Source: Chiloscyllium plagiosum
Lineage: Eukaryota
Direction: 5' to 3'
Assembly (NCBI RefSeq): GCF_004010195.1
Contig: NC_057718.1
Span: 61,773,318 to 61,837,317, forward strand
DNA: 64,000 nt
This document shows, piece by piece, positions 23,864-37,470 of the stretch. The translations under genes were made by a program, and so were the position numbers. Under the pieces are notes generated by a model. It worked only from the letters and a program-made list of their open reading frames with translations. It had not been told where the DNA came from and made no database searches. Positions within the stretch are counted from its first letter, which is position 1. The number at the start of each line of letters is the position of its first letter.

Positions 23864-26223
23864 CATGCAGTTGAAACTGCAGCGATCCTGGATTTAAAAC
23901 AGTATTTAAATGAATAGTAATTGAATTCACATCTGAACACATGGATTCCAGCAAAATTGGAATTGAAAACTAAAAATACTACTGACAACAGTTTTATTGA
24001 AATAAAGTCAAATTGTTAACCATATCTCTGAAAGTTCTCATGATTTCTCAGATAAATATTTATCTGAGTAAATATTACAGGTTAAAGAGGAGTCTATGAT
24101 CTCATTTTTCTCAGATGTAGCCCTGGGTGTTTCAGTGGAAGAAGTGAGCAAGGTAAAAGACATCTTCTTCCCACCAAGTAACCGAAGACAAAGCCACTTA
24201 GGAGTCAGTTGAATGCATGGTGGAGTGGGGCATGAGCAAAGACTGCCAACCCATTGCTCTGACAATAATTCAGGCAATATTTTCATGGTCAAGGTGGTTA
24301 ACAGAAGGATTTTTTATTCCTCACTCTCTGCATAACCCTGCCCAACTGAAGACCAGCATTCACAACCATTTCCCTCACTGCTCACCAGGACCTTCTTCCA
24401 AAAACTGTAGCATACCTCACTCCATTACTTCAGCTCCTAATGTTACACTGTGCTCCCTCTTACTCTGCCAGTAACTGCTTAAGCTCCTTCCAATTCTGTT
24501 ACCTTCCACATACTAGCATTACTATTCCATCTTGGTGTGCACATTCTCAAAGTATCCCATTGGGCCACCACTAACACTTCCCTCCCTTTTTACATAAAGT
24601 CGAACTTACAAGCAATAGTGGGAAGATGGTGAGGTCAGGAGGTGAGTAGAAGAGCAATGGCTATTCAAGATCTCAGTTGAAAGTAGTCTCAGAGATTGTG
24701 AGGACAGACTGGGTCAGGGTATGGCCAATGGAGAAGCTAATGGATGAATCCTGTAGGGTTTCTGAAAATCTTACACACTGTCCCTTCCCATGGAAATCTC
24801 ACCCTTGCATACTATGTCTGACAGAATGCAGCTGTTCCAGCAGTCAGTCATCTGTCAGTTTTATCCTTGACACTAAAAGTTAATCCTTGTCACTCTCTTT
24901 CCTTTTAGGTGAAGATCAAGTAGACTGCCAAGAATGTGAATAGTTGAAAGGGGGCATCACTCATATTGACAGAATATCATTCTCAGAGAGCACTAGCTTA
25001 GAAACTGGTACTACACAAACCTTGCAGGTTAAGCAAATTAGGTCAGCACCAAGAACATCACCAAGCATTAGTCCATAGACAGGGTTTCTATCTTGCCTCT
25101 GCTGTAGAGCACAGATGAGAAAAATCAATATTAATGATTAATTATAACAGATTTTTAAGTACATTGTGCAGCATACCAGTGTAACAAGTCCACAGAGAAA
25201 GCACAAGGAGTCCAATTTTAACTTCTGAGAGTTTGAAACTCCATGCAGTCTACCATGGACACTTGTAGAATCCACAACAATTGGGCCTCTGGTAACAACT
25301 CTGAAAGCTTTACTGAAGTAAAACAGCAACATTCTGACCTCCTGTCTGTCCCACATTTTCCATCCACCTTCTGCAGTTGTTATTTAACTCTGTGGATAAG
25401 CACCTACTTGAGTTTTCAATCTACAAATGACTGTATGAATCGAAATGTGGGACATATGAATATGGGCTTTCACAGCAACAGTATACTTCTTTATGTGGAA
25501 TAAAGGCAGTATAGAGGCAAAGTCCCAAAACTATGGCATTGGCTCCATGGGAAAGATATTCTGTCCTCACAAGTTGAGAGCATATCTGCACACCTACAGA
25601 CTCTGACATGATTTCCATGTTGTGTCCATGCTGTCAGTTGAAACAAACGTTCCCAACTGAGGTTAGCCAGATCCTCAAAACCCAGAGCTACTTGAAGTCA
25701 CCCACAAAAACATTTCCAGTGTTCTTAGTGGACAATCAGCCATGTTCCTCTTCCCAGACTCCATCAGGGGCCAAACCAACTTCGAACAGCAATAATACAA
25801 ATAAATAATATTGGGAGATATTTAACTTCTGCATGAGTGTGATTTCATGTCATAATTAGGGGAGTAAAATCTGGCAAAACTATAATGTAGAGTTTCTTAA
25901 GTTAAAACTATTTATTTTATGTATTGATATTGTTATTTATATCTTAAGTTATGTGAAGATGATCCAGGGATAGTGTTGGAAAGTCTTCAGAAGGTGGATA
26001 AAAGAAATGGGACATATAGAAGGTTGACATATTAAAGGAGAGAGTTTGCTTCAGAGAATTTCTCTTCTCTGGCAACTGCCTGATTGACATCAATCTCCGC
26101 ATCATCCTTTTCTTCCTTATCCTCTTTTTCATCATTCCTCATCATGACCTCCCCTTGTTAGATCTGCAAGTTCTATCCCCTCAGAATAGAATAGTAGAGT
26201 TGTGTAACACTCTTAGGTTTATA

Positions 26224-27240
26224 CATAAGAAATAGGAGCAGAAGTAGTCAGTCTTCCCTACAAATCTGCCCTACTATTCTATAATGATCAGATAATGACT
26301 GATCTGTCCAGACTTCAATTCCTCTTTTGTGCCAGCTCCTCATTGCCCTCAACTCCTCGATACATCAAAAATATATCTATCCCTCTTTAAATGCTTTCAG
26401 TAATCTAGCCAATGCAGGGATAAAGACCTCCTAACATTCACAATCTGCAAAGAATAAATTCCTTTACATCTCAGTTTTAAATGGTTGCCTCATTTGTCTG
26501 TAATTGTCCTTAGTTTGAGATTCCCCCATTAGTGGATACATCTTCTCAACCATATCAAGCCCCCTTTAAAATCTGGTATGTTACAATAAGATTATTGTTC
26601 TAAACTGAAATAAAGAAAGGCCTAACCGGTTTACCTATTCTTGATGACTCAACAATCAAGCTAGCCTTTTGAACGTCCTCAAATGGCAAAATGTCCTTTC
26701 TTAAATGCACGGACCATAACTGTCGATATTGTGCAAGGTGGAACCTCAGCCACACCCTGTAGAGTTGTAAAAGGACTCCCCTATATTTTAAACCCGCTAG
26801 CAACAAAAAGGTAAAAATTCCATCTGCCTACTTAATTATTTGCTGCACTAGCATGCTAATGTTTTGTGTTTCATGCACAGGAACACTCAGATCCCAAGGT
26901 GCTGCATTTTTTTGTAGTTTCTCTCCATTTAATTTATAGCCTGCCTTCAGATTCTTCCTACCAAAGATCATGAGCTCACATTTTTCTACATCAAACTCCA
27001 CCTGCCAAGTTTTTACCCATTCACTCAATCTACCTATTTCCCCTTGCAGATTTTTTAAGCCTTCATCATAATATGCCCTCCCACCTATTTCTGCATCAGC
27101 AGCAAATTTGGACACATTACACTTGCCCCCTCCTCCAAATCAGTTATGTAGCTGTTAAGTAATTGAGACCGTAGGAATGATCATTACGGCACTTCACTAG
27201 TTGTGCATTTCCAAACTGAAAAAGGCTCATTAATATCCAA
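26224..27240 (-). mobile_element. CR1 LINE fragment (RT C-terminus and 3' end)
   Basis: SKFAADAEIGG...LQGEIGRLSEWVKTWQVEFDVEKC and LLQLYRVWLRFHL. Confidence 0.9.
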
Positions 27241-30200
27241 GTGACTCTCCATCGGGATTCAGCCAGATCAGACTAGAGCTTTGCTGAAGATCTAGCAACT
27301 GCCAGAGAACTGACAGGATATGGCTTCAGCCAAAGTCAACTCTCATTTTTGACAACATCTAGGGTGCCTAGTATTACACTACCAACAGGGTAGCCATTGC
27401 ATTTCATGCACTCTTCCAGCATGTGACCTTTCTCAACAATTTTCAAAACCAGAATGGCCAATTTCACGCCAGAAATCTAAACAGATTCTAACCATAGTCT
27501 GTATGATTTTATTGTCATTTGTTTCTTAAACATTTTGAAAATTGCCAGATAAATCTTGTTCAATAAATGTTCTCATATGGCAGCTCTGGTACCTGTAGGA
27601 AGTATTTGTAATCAGATGAGCGGAGTCCAAATACTGCTCCTGTCAGATGACACAAGGTATTTTAATGGTCATTTTCTAGATTTGAAACTGTGTACTTTAG
27701 TATTCAATCATTCATAACACTTCTCAGCATGCTGCAACATCTTAAACCAATGCCTTTCTCACAATACTTAATCACACAACTCTTCTCTTAAAAACACAGC
27801 TTGATGTGCGGTAAATAATAGCAGCATTTCAAAAATCAAAAGAACTGTCCTAAAAAAAAAATCATCTTTAAATGGCACTTCATTGTATTTGAAACTACGA
27901 TCCAATGAAGACAATCTTTTTATTTATCCAGCTTCTTTAAAGACTCTCTATTACAGGATTACAGACTATGCAGAACTAGGAATTTATCTTTTAAAGAGTG
28001 AAACAAATGGTAAACAAAGACCTATATCTACAAAAAGGTCCAATCTATTTACATTTCCTTTTATTGTAATATCTTTAAGAAGTCTTTGTCGAATGTTCTG
28101 TAAGTTTAGCCAATCTGTTGAGTCTGAAACTGCAGATAAGGCCAGTTCTCAATAGTCTATCAAAACGCATCTCACTTTCATTAAACATTCCTTGTACAAA
28201 GTAAATGGAAAATGTCCAGAGGAAACATCAATAAAGGGATAGATCAGTAATCCTGCCACAGAAAAGAAGTAAGACTCCTTCTTTTCTCAATGGCAACATG
28301 CCTCCTATTTTTGTTGTTTCCAGAGGCTGATGAGGGCCAATAAATAACTGTGTATAAATATTTAATTCCATGGACATATTGTGCAGACTCACTCCAAATT
28401 TTGTCATGTTCAAGGCTTTCCACTAGATACTGCTAGTGAGCTCTATAAATACTCTGGTGACCTCCAGTGGCTAAAATGAATACATTGCAACTATGTTGGG
28501 TTGATACCTTTTGATCTGAAAGCTCACCTGACCATCCAGCAGATTAGAAACAGGGGGGAAAGATGTGCTGGCATTGCAACCTCTGATATTACATCTTTCC
28601 AGGCTGTTTCAACTTCCCAAATGTGAAAGCAATCGCACTGTGGTCTTGATTTTGATCTGATTGGTACTCTGCATTTTGCTGGCAAGAAGTGCTCGAGAAT
28701 TCATCTCCCAATAGCTCTGTGGTCTCAGATTGAAACCGCACAAAAGAAAGGAATGACTACTACTCTTCTCAGATGGATATCTACAGTCCTACAGGAATAT
28801 AGGGCAGGTCTTGGGTACTATGTAGTCCCAATCCAGATCCCTAAGGACATTACAAATCTGGCCTTTTAATGCATATGAAAATAAAAAGAGAAGCAAACAA
28901 TTTTACGCTTGGTGATGGCTGGTTGTCCCACAGCACAATGTGCGTATGCATTATAGAGTACTGAGACAGTTTCCAATCCTCTCCTCTTGGCCATTCTCCA
29001 TATAGTAATGTCTTTAATCAGAGGGGATGAGCCTCCCCCAAAAGGAAAGACATTGTGAAAAATAAAATATTTCAGTGGGGAAGGTTCCTCCTATGCTTTG
29101 CTTAGAACCTATTGTAAGACTAGCAACAGAACCAAGGCTCATGAATACCCTCTCAGCTTCAAGATATGGTAAGGGAAGGCAGAACATATCGGCCAAAAAA
29201 AAGAAAATGCATCTGTACATTTTTATAAAATGGTCTTCTAGGTAAAGATAGTCTTGGGCAGTTTATTATTACCTTTACCCATGATGTTCGATTACTTTGG
29301 CTCTTTCTTTCAGGAACATGACGGAAATTATTTTTGCTGTATCTTTATCAAGTGTGGGATTCAGGATTCCAGCTAGACTTCAAGGCCATTTTAACAGGCA
29401 GTGATGCAAACACCATTACAGGCAATATCACTGGAAACCAGGATATACATCCTTTGGATAAACAAACAAGTCAATTTCCAAACTATGATCTGCTTAATAG
29501 CTACTCACTGGCTAGGTATTCAAAAAGAAATGAGCCTTAAAACCAAACTACTGCATATTCAAAAACTACCACAGGTCTCCCTCTGAATGTCTTTCATTTA
29601 TTCTGTGCTGCTACCATGAGATTATTTGCTACAGCTTGAGTGTTTTCTATTTAGATACGATATTGATGCCATTTGGCATCTTTATTGGATCAGAGTCTAT
29701 CGTAAGAAGCAGCTGAATGTTGTCTTTAGTGGTGAGAAAGCTGAAATCACTCAGATTTGAATATTTTCTGTCTTATTACTAGAAAAACATTGTAAAATAA
29801 ATGGTATTGAGTTGGCTGCATTCGCAAATATAAATATGCACTAAAGAGAATATGTTGCAATTAAGTGGCATATTTTACAAGTCAAAGGAAAGATTCAGAG
29901 TAACATGAGGAGCTTCAGATAAATATTAATGATATGTATTGATGAACAATCTGATTAAATATGACTGTATTTAAATGGCAAAAAATGTTTAATATGTAAT
30001 CATCCAATTGACAAATTCACGTGGGCAGTATGAATTCCATCAGCATGAATTTGACTGAATTGAGAAGCTAGTGGGCTAACAAACACTAAATGTGACCTTC
30101 TCTTTTCTCTTAGTTTTCTCATGGGTTAAATCAAGAAAATGAAAAGGCTTTTTATACCTTACTTTTACATGTAAATAATGTGCAATCAGTGCAATCATAA

Positions 30201-30525
30201 TTTTTATAAAAAGCCAGCAGTGATTGAATGCTATACCCAGTGAAGAACTGCTAAGCAACTAATAGCCTGTATTAACAAGCTAGAAGCCTTTGCTTTCTAA
30301 TCACTGAAGTTCATTATTTCCATGTCAAATATATTTACAGCATTGCCCTTGAAATCCAGTGCTTCGGTGGTTCCAAGTCCCATGTTTGCATTTTTGCTCG
30401 GTGGAAACTTTTAATCATACACTCATTGGGATTTACCATTTTAAAAAGGTATAAACATCGCTCAACAGCCAATTGAAGGAGCTAAAAGTCTAAACACTGA
30501 ATTTCTTTCAGTGTTAATACTATTA

Positions 30526-30683
30526 CCGAACAACTTTGATTATCCAAACTAAACAGGCAGGGAGTACTTTGTTCGGATAATTGATTGTTCAGATAATGGA
30601 TAACGTTTTTATGGGACCTTAAGATCTTGTTCGGATAATCCGAAATTTGGATAATTGATGTTTGGATAAACGAAATTGTTCTG
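30526..30683. mobile_element. Tigger/pogo-like MITE
   Basis: TIRs ccgaacaactttgattatccaaa / tttggataaacgaaattgttctg, TA on both sides, internal repeats of gttcggataat. Confidence 0.85.
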
Positions 30684-31544
30684 TATTTGTATTGGCTGTA
30701 TCTCCTCAGGAGGGTGGAACAATCTTGGCTGTAGGCCCCTCTATTACTACAGTCAATATTATTGCTGTGTTTGACTCATGGAAAGGACAGATGTATTACT
30801 TCAAAGTAATTTTGATGCTCTTTCCCGAACTCTGAATTAAACTTATTTAGAAATGTCATAAAGTAACGACAAATGTATATTTGAGCTTTGGCTCATATAC
30901 AGAATGACAATACTCTAGACACTCAATTAAATTCAAAACCATTTAATGAAGCAATCATTTCAACCTTCAGTATCACTGGGAATTTGTGTGGCTGAATGGT
31001 CCCAGAAATTGACTAAGGTGTCATTATCATCATGTCATGGAGGATTTCTCTTGGTTTCTCCGAATTTCCTTGCACAACCATGCCCAAATGTATCTTATCA
31101 ACTAGACACCATGCCCTATTGCACTCCTCCCATCTGATGCTGGCTGAATTCAGCCAACAATGGGATATCCCAGGATCTTTGGCACGATCACCATATTCAA
31201 AAGGACACAGTGCACCTGATCAAATGCTCTACATAGTGGGAGGGAAAGAAAGAAGACAATCTCCTGAGGCCATAAAGGTGACATGTCCAATGTAAATAAT
31301 TTTTCACATTCCTCCATATATACGCTGTATTCATTTTTCACCATCAGCTGTATTTGTCAGTCTCTGTTAAACCACAGCTTCTGCATCGAAGGAACAGAAC
31401 CTGTCCATCCTTAGCAACACATGATGTTCCAGGGTACAAAGTGTGAAGCGAGCAAATCCTGCATCATGTACAGGCAGTGGGTAAATCACAGGTTGCTGTC
31501 ACTTTGACATCTGGGCTCAATTGTTCCAGGTACCTAGACATTGC

Positions 31545-31749
31545 AAGGAGAAAGTAAGGACTACAGATGCTGGAGATCAGAGTCGAAAAGTGTGGTGCTG
31601 AAAAAGCACAGAAGGTCAGACAGCAGGAGAATCAATGTTTCGGGCATAAGCTGATCCCTGATTAATGGCTTCTGACCAGAACATCGACTCTCCTGCTCTT
31701 CTGATGCTGCCTGGCTGGCTGCGCTTTTCCAGCGCCACACGTTTCAACT
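31545..31749 (-). mobile_element. Palindromic Penelope-derived mini-element (family of 1841-2056)
   Basis: Same arms; hammerhead cores eroded; probable TSD ctagacattgc (31534-31544) / ctaaacaatgc (31750-31760). Confidence 0.8.
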
Positions 31750-32352
31750 CTAAACAATGCTGTTGTATCGCAAATGTTAATGGGATTCATTCATTATCTT
31801 GCATGATTTGGTTAGGTCAGGCATACATGGGGCAAGGGTTTGTCTAAGGTTCACAAAGAATGTATTACTTAGTGTGTTTCAGCTCCAGTATTTGGGGGAC
31901 AGTGTAGGAATGTTGCTCTCTCTCCCAGAATGAATCCCACCTACTCCTGGTGTGATTGTAGCATTTTCAACTCCATTGTGCACTTGATATTTATGATGAA
32001 GGCAACAGCAGCTAACTCCTTGAAGAATGTATCTCTGGTTCAGCTCTCCATCTTGATGAACTCCCAAAAGTAAACATTCCCTTCGTAGTAGCATCCCCCA
32101 GCCCCCAAAAGAATCACCCCATTGAGTCCTGATGGCTGCAGGACCCCCAAGTAGGAAATGAGATGCTGTTAATCCAACTTGTGCTGAGCCTCGTTGGAGC
32201 ACTAAAGCAGGTCCAAAATGGAAATACTGGCCAGGAAACATGGTAATGTGAGGAAGTAGCAGGTATTAGCTGTGTTTCTTCAGCAATTTCTGTTCAGATT
32301 TCCAGCACCCGCAGTTCTTTATTTTGTTTACTTGCTTGCAATGATGTCACAG

Positions 32353-32495
32353 GCAGGATTGTGTGTGGATCTGACACTCTTCCCATTGGACACCATAAAA
32401 ACCAGACAGGGATTCAACAGGGATTCTACAACGCTGGAGGGTTCTGTGGGATTTATGGTGGTGTTCCTTCTGCTGCCTTATGTCTTCACCTAATG
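32353..32495 (+). pseudogene. SLC25A26: Fragment of the mitochondrial S-adenosylmethionine carrier gene, frameshifted
   Basis: [18 protein letters not shown], frameshift, QQGFYNAGGFCGIYGGVPSAAL..SSPN versus recalled human [48 protein letters not shown]; contains the carrier motif PxDxxKxR. Confidence 0.88.
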
Positions 32496-32819
32496 GCTGG
32501 AGCAGTGTGAATCGGAACTCCTGGTGGCAGCAATGCCGGGTTCTCCTGAAGTATTACTGTCATTGTTTCTGTTCCCAGAGTGGGACTCCTTCAGGAATGA
32601 AACAGAACACCATCCACACATCTTGAAGAAGCCCTGAAGCCATGTTTTCGACCCCAATTTGAACAAAAGATGAACTCTTATTTAAGTAATTTCTTTTCAT
32701 CCTTATTTTAAATCAAATGGCGCTGGATTGTGGCGACAAAACACTTTCCACTGTATCGTTAAGATATACTTGACAATAAATCATTCACTCATTCGTTCAA
32801 TAAATCATTCATTCATTCA
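32496..32819 (+). mobile_element. Non-LTR retroposon 3' end with AATAAA + (CATT)n tail
   Basis: acactttccactgtatc...acttgacaataaatcattcactcattcgttcaataaatcattcattcattca. Confidence 0.7.
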
Positions 32820-35800
32820 CTAGCATTTGTAGTCCCCCAATAGGCCATCTACACCATCTTTCTAAGTTTTCATCCGCTCATTTCACCTGCCCAACCACAG
32901 ACATGTCAAGTAACATGTCAGGCATAGTACTTCATTATCTCCCCTATCATAGCCAGGGTGATGCTTATATTGAATGACTCTCCATCCATATTCTATCACA
33001 TTCCCACATATATATTGAAATTCCTCCTTCCATAACTATTGTAATCCCTTTTGCATCCCTGCATTCTGACTCCAATTCCCCCAGCCACCTCCCAACAGCA
33101 CCTCCCAACAGCACTGGCCCCTGGTAATCCATCACTTCGCCCACTTTGAATTTTAGTGGATGGACTAACTGTGGATTATCCCTGGATTGACTTGTACTGA
33201 CAGCTCCAAACAATGAGTGACCTGAACCCAACTGACATCTCGACAGCTTCCCCACTCTGTTCCTTCGGCTTCTCGGATTGGCTGTACTGGAACTAAAGGG
33301 TGCTGATGCAGTGCAGAACTCCGATGTTGACCATCCTGACAACTGACTGACCATGATCAAGCCCTTGGACTGATATCTGATGCTGTTCTTGACATACTAT
33401 GCCAAGACACCCTACCTAACAGGTGACACCCTGCACGTGACTGAGGTCTACTCCCTTTCTCTTTGAATCATTGCTGTTTTCTGATAGTACATGCAGTATG
33501 CTTGACACAGACTTGACGAGCACATGATGCATATGTCAGATTTAACATAGCATGATGCCGTACAGTAACATCCCTTTGATACTGCTGACAACCATAACAA
33601 GCTGCCTGGCATTTTTGTCTGTCATAAAGAGCAAGACATAAATACTATGATCCTTTTAAGATGTAACCAAGTGGCCAACACACAAAAGGCCATGAGCATG
33701 TAGGTAGATACAAAATATGTGAATACTAAGACAGCAAATAAGCAGCCCTGGGATGCAGCTTGGACCAAAATGTTCTTCACACAAAGTTCTCTTGCAGCAG
33801 CTTTCCAAAGACAGGTGCTGGTGTGCTCCAAAGTGCAGCATCAAAGAGCAGGAATGTACTGTAAGTGGTTCAAAGTTATGCCATGATGATGCAATGGGGC
33901 TGGTGGATGTCTGTGTATGTGGGGAGTATGGGAAGCACACAGAGTTTGCCTTGAGATGCTTGTATTGGGTGTCCAAGATGGAGGTCCAGGGGAGCAAGCA
34001 GCGAGCCGGAGTCAACAATTACCTGCTCAGACTTCCATTTCGGAAATTCTCAGTTTCTGTTTCTTTCTGCCAATTGGGAGAATGGAAGGCTGCATATTAA
34101 TAAAGTGAGATTAGGTAATACTGAAGGTGAGAGTGAGTAATAATCCTAGTTCATCAGGCTCTTGCTACTCATTAGCAAGAAATGCATCCTGATATCTGAG
34201 ACTTAGTTGGAAAATACAACATTTTGGGCTTGACATTAAGAACCGCTTTGTTTAATATCTCACCCAAGTTTTCACAATTTCTTGCCATAGTCCACATCAT
34301 TTAGGGCCTGGAAAGATTCTGCCAATAGTTATCACCCAACAAGTTAAATCTCTAATGGTCATGTAGTTAATAGCTACTCAGGGCCTACTTCACAACCAAA
34401 ATTAAACAAGGCTTAACACCAAACTTTACAGATATTTATTTCTTAACATGCTGTGGTAATGATGCAACATGCATCTATGTCTGACACTGAAATAAGTTTA
34501 ATGCAGTTTTTTGCCTTTTTAATGCCTTTGTGTGTTTTCTGATCCTGTGGAAGAGTCAAAAGGAAGCAGCACTTCTTTTCGAAATCTGCTTTCCGTCCAA
34601 TGAATGTTGGCCTCTGGCACAACTGAGGTATCGAATCAGATTGCTTCATAATACATCTTGCCAGTGGCAGCTAGGACTACCACATTATGGCTACTACCAG
34701 TATCAATATACCAAAAAAATAATTATTCTGCATAGGTCACCCTCAGTCCACTAAGTAAGTTACAAAATTATATTAATATTATGTATGTCTTATTTTCTGG
34801 TCAATATGTTATTATGGCTTTATTACTTCTAACTTAAATCAAACTATACAGTGAAATATTGCAGCATCTTCCACAATATGGATGTTAGACTAGCAGTAAC
34901 AAGTTGAAAGTCTTTACCAGCCTCTGAAAAATTTTAGGATCACATTAATGTCCAAAAAAAAAGGAAGCTTCCATTTCACTAATGCTCCAAATCTATGCCC
35001 TGAAATGCATTCCAAAGAAAGAAATCTTCACAACTACACCAATGCTGCCCTCACCCCCATACAATGTCAATCATAGCACTTCATCAGCTGCTTATGTATC
35101 GTTTGATATTAAACCCTTGCCAGACCCCATATGTATTTCATTCAGCAAAAGAAAAGCTCCCGTGAAAGGAACTCAGAACCTGCCACTGGTCTAAAACTCT
35201 GCAAAATGGAGCAACGTTGCATCATTTCTTATTGCTACAATTGTTGATGCCGTGATACACATTATCCCATTATTTAGAAATTATAGACATTTCTTGCTGT
35301 TAGAAACCTGCCGTGGCTAGTTATTAAACTCTGTGGTTATTACTGCTTTAGATATGATGTATTTGCTCCCATCCACACCCTCAGTCAACTACTTTTGTGT
35401 AAATCTTCGGTGAGAAATTAAGGATTAATGCTTCTAGATCTGCATTACAGATTCCATCTTTATTTGAGAAAAAACGCCCAAAATTCCAAGAAAGCATCTG
35501 ATTCAAACAGCTGAACATGGAATTGGAATCTCTCTCAAATCCTGTGGTTATGAAAGGATGCCATTGTGTTTCATCTGCCCATTCTAGTTAACCTCAGGTT
35601 GACATTCCTTCCATAATCTTCTCTGGGTAACCTAAGGAAGTTATTAGGAATAATCTTCCTAATGGGGGCACAGCCCAGTCAACAAGCTAGCTTGAGAAAA
35701 GTGCATGGCATTAACGGTTCTCACCTTTAAACTTTTACTCTTCCATTAAACATCTGTCTGACATTTTGTTTTGTCATATCTGTTCACTATTAACCTGTAT

Positions 35801-36134
35801 CAATCTTTTATATTTTATTCATTTAAAGTTACTGTGATCAGCTTCTGGAACAAGAACTTTGAAAATTCACTTGTTGGGCTGGCCTCTGTTCCTAAAACAG
35901 AAAAAAAAATACATACTGCCCATGAAGCAAGTGAATCTTATTATAATTCCTCATGGAGAATTACGTAGATCACAGAAACATTTGGCTAACTACTTTGCAC
36001 TCTGGAGATGATCTATAATTGCTCCACAAGGTGAGTGTGGATGAATTCCAGTTAAATTACAATAACTTGTTGTTGTTAACTTTCATATAATAGGTATTTG
36101 AGAAAAGTACCTTCTCTCATAATTCTCTCAGATC

Positions 36135-37470
36135 TATTAGTGTGTTACAGCACAGAGACAGGCCCTTTGGCCCAATCTGGTCCATGCCAACTAAAATATC
36201 CATCCAGGTAACTCCATTTCCCTGCACTTGGCCCATGTCCTTCTAAACCTTTCCTATTCATGTATTTGCCCAAATGTGTTTTAAGTGTTGTTAATGTACC
36301 CACTTTAACCACTTCCACTGGCAGGTCATTTCATATGTGTACTACCCTCTGTGTAAAAATGTTGCTTATCAGGTTCCCTTTTATTCTTTCCCCTCTAATC
36401 TTAAACTGATGTCCTCTAGTCCTCAATTCCCCAACTCTGAGAAAAAGACTGAGTGCATTCACCCTATCTATGCCTCTCATGATCTTATACACCTCTATAT
36501 GATACCCCCTTAGTTTCCTACACTCTAAAGAAAAACATCCTATCTTGCCCAACCTCTCCCTACAACTCGGACCCTTGAGTCCTGGCAACATCCTCATAAA
36601 TTTCTTCTGAACTCTTTTCAGTTTAATAACATCCCTCCTATAGCAAGGTGATCAAAACTGAACACAATATTTCAAATGCGGCCTCACCAATATCCTGTAC
36701 AATTGCAATAGAACTTCTCAACTTCTATACTCATTGTCCTGACTGATGAAGGCCGTTGTGCCAAAACTCTTCTTCACTGCCCTGTCTACCTGAGACTTCA
36801 CTTCCAGAGGACCCTGCACCTGAACTCCAAGATCCTTCTGTTCCACTACACTCCTTAAGGCCCTACCATTCACCATGAACCCCCTATCTTGATTTGACTT
36901 TCCAAAATGCAAGACCCCACACTTATCTATATTAAGCTTCATTTGTCATTTCTCAGCTTACTTCCCCAGCTGATCAAGATCCTGTCGCAATTTCTGAGAA
37001 CCTTCCTCACTCTCCGCAATACCCTCCATTTTAGATCATCTGCAAACTTACTAATCATTCCTTATACATTCCCATCTAAATCATTGATATAAATAACAAA
37101 CAGGAATGGGCCTAGCACCGACCCTTGAGAGACACACCACTAGTCATAGGCCTCCAGTCCGACAAGCATCCTTCCACTATTACCCTCTGCTTTCTACCAT
37201 CAAGCCAATTGTGTATCCAATTTGCCAGCTCCCCCTGGATCCCATGCGAGCGTTCCAGATCAGCCTACCATGTGGAACCTTATCGAAGGCCTTACTGAAA
37301 TCCACATAAACTACCGCCCTGCCCTCATCAAGCTTTCTGGTCACATCATCAAAGAACTTTATCAAAATTGTGAGGCATGATCTCCCACAGATAAAGTCAT
37401 GCTGACCACTTCTTCTCCTGTCGTTCCAAACGCATGTATATCTTATCTCAAAATCTTCTCAAGTAACTTT
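36135..37470 (-). mobile_element. CR1 LINE (RT to 3' end)
   Basis: VVYVDFSKAFDKVPHGRL, MKLNIDKCGVLHFG, KLRGYHIEVYKIMRGIDRV. Confidence 0.92.

Noticed and set aside
25944..26150. Basic or acidic low-complexity ORF
   Set aside because: Purine-biased tract, likely the acidic tail of a decayed transposase; no exon support.
29014..29060. Possible BCL11A exon 3 homologue (FWGRLIPSD)
   Set aside because: No AG acceptor, stop follows immediately, similarity too weak.
30526..30683. Spaced gttcggataat repeats resembling a CRISPR-like array
   Set aside because: Subterminal repeats of a TA-flanked MITE in a eukaryotic genome.
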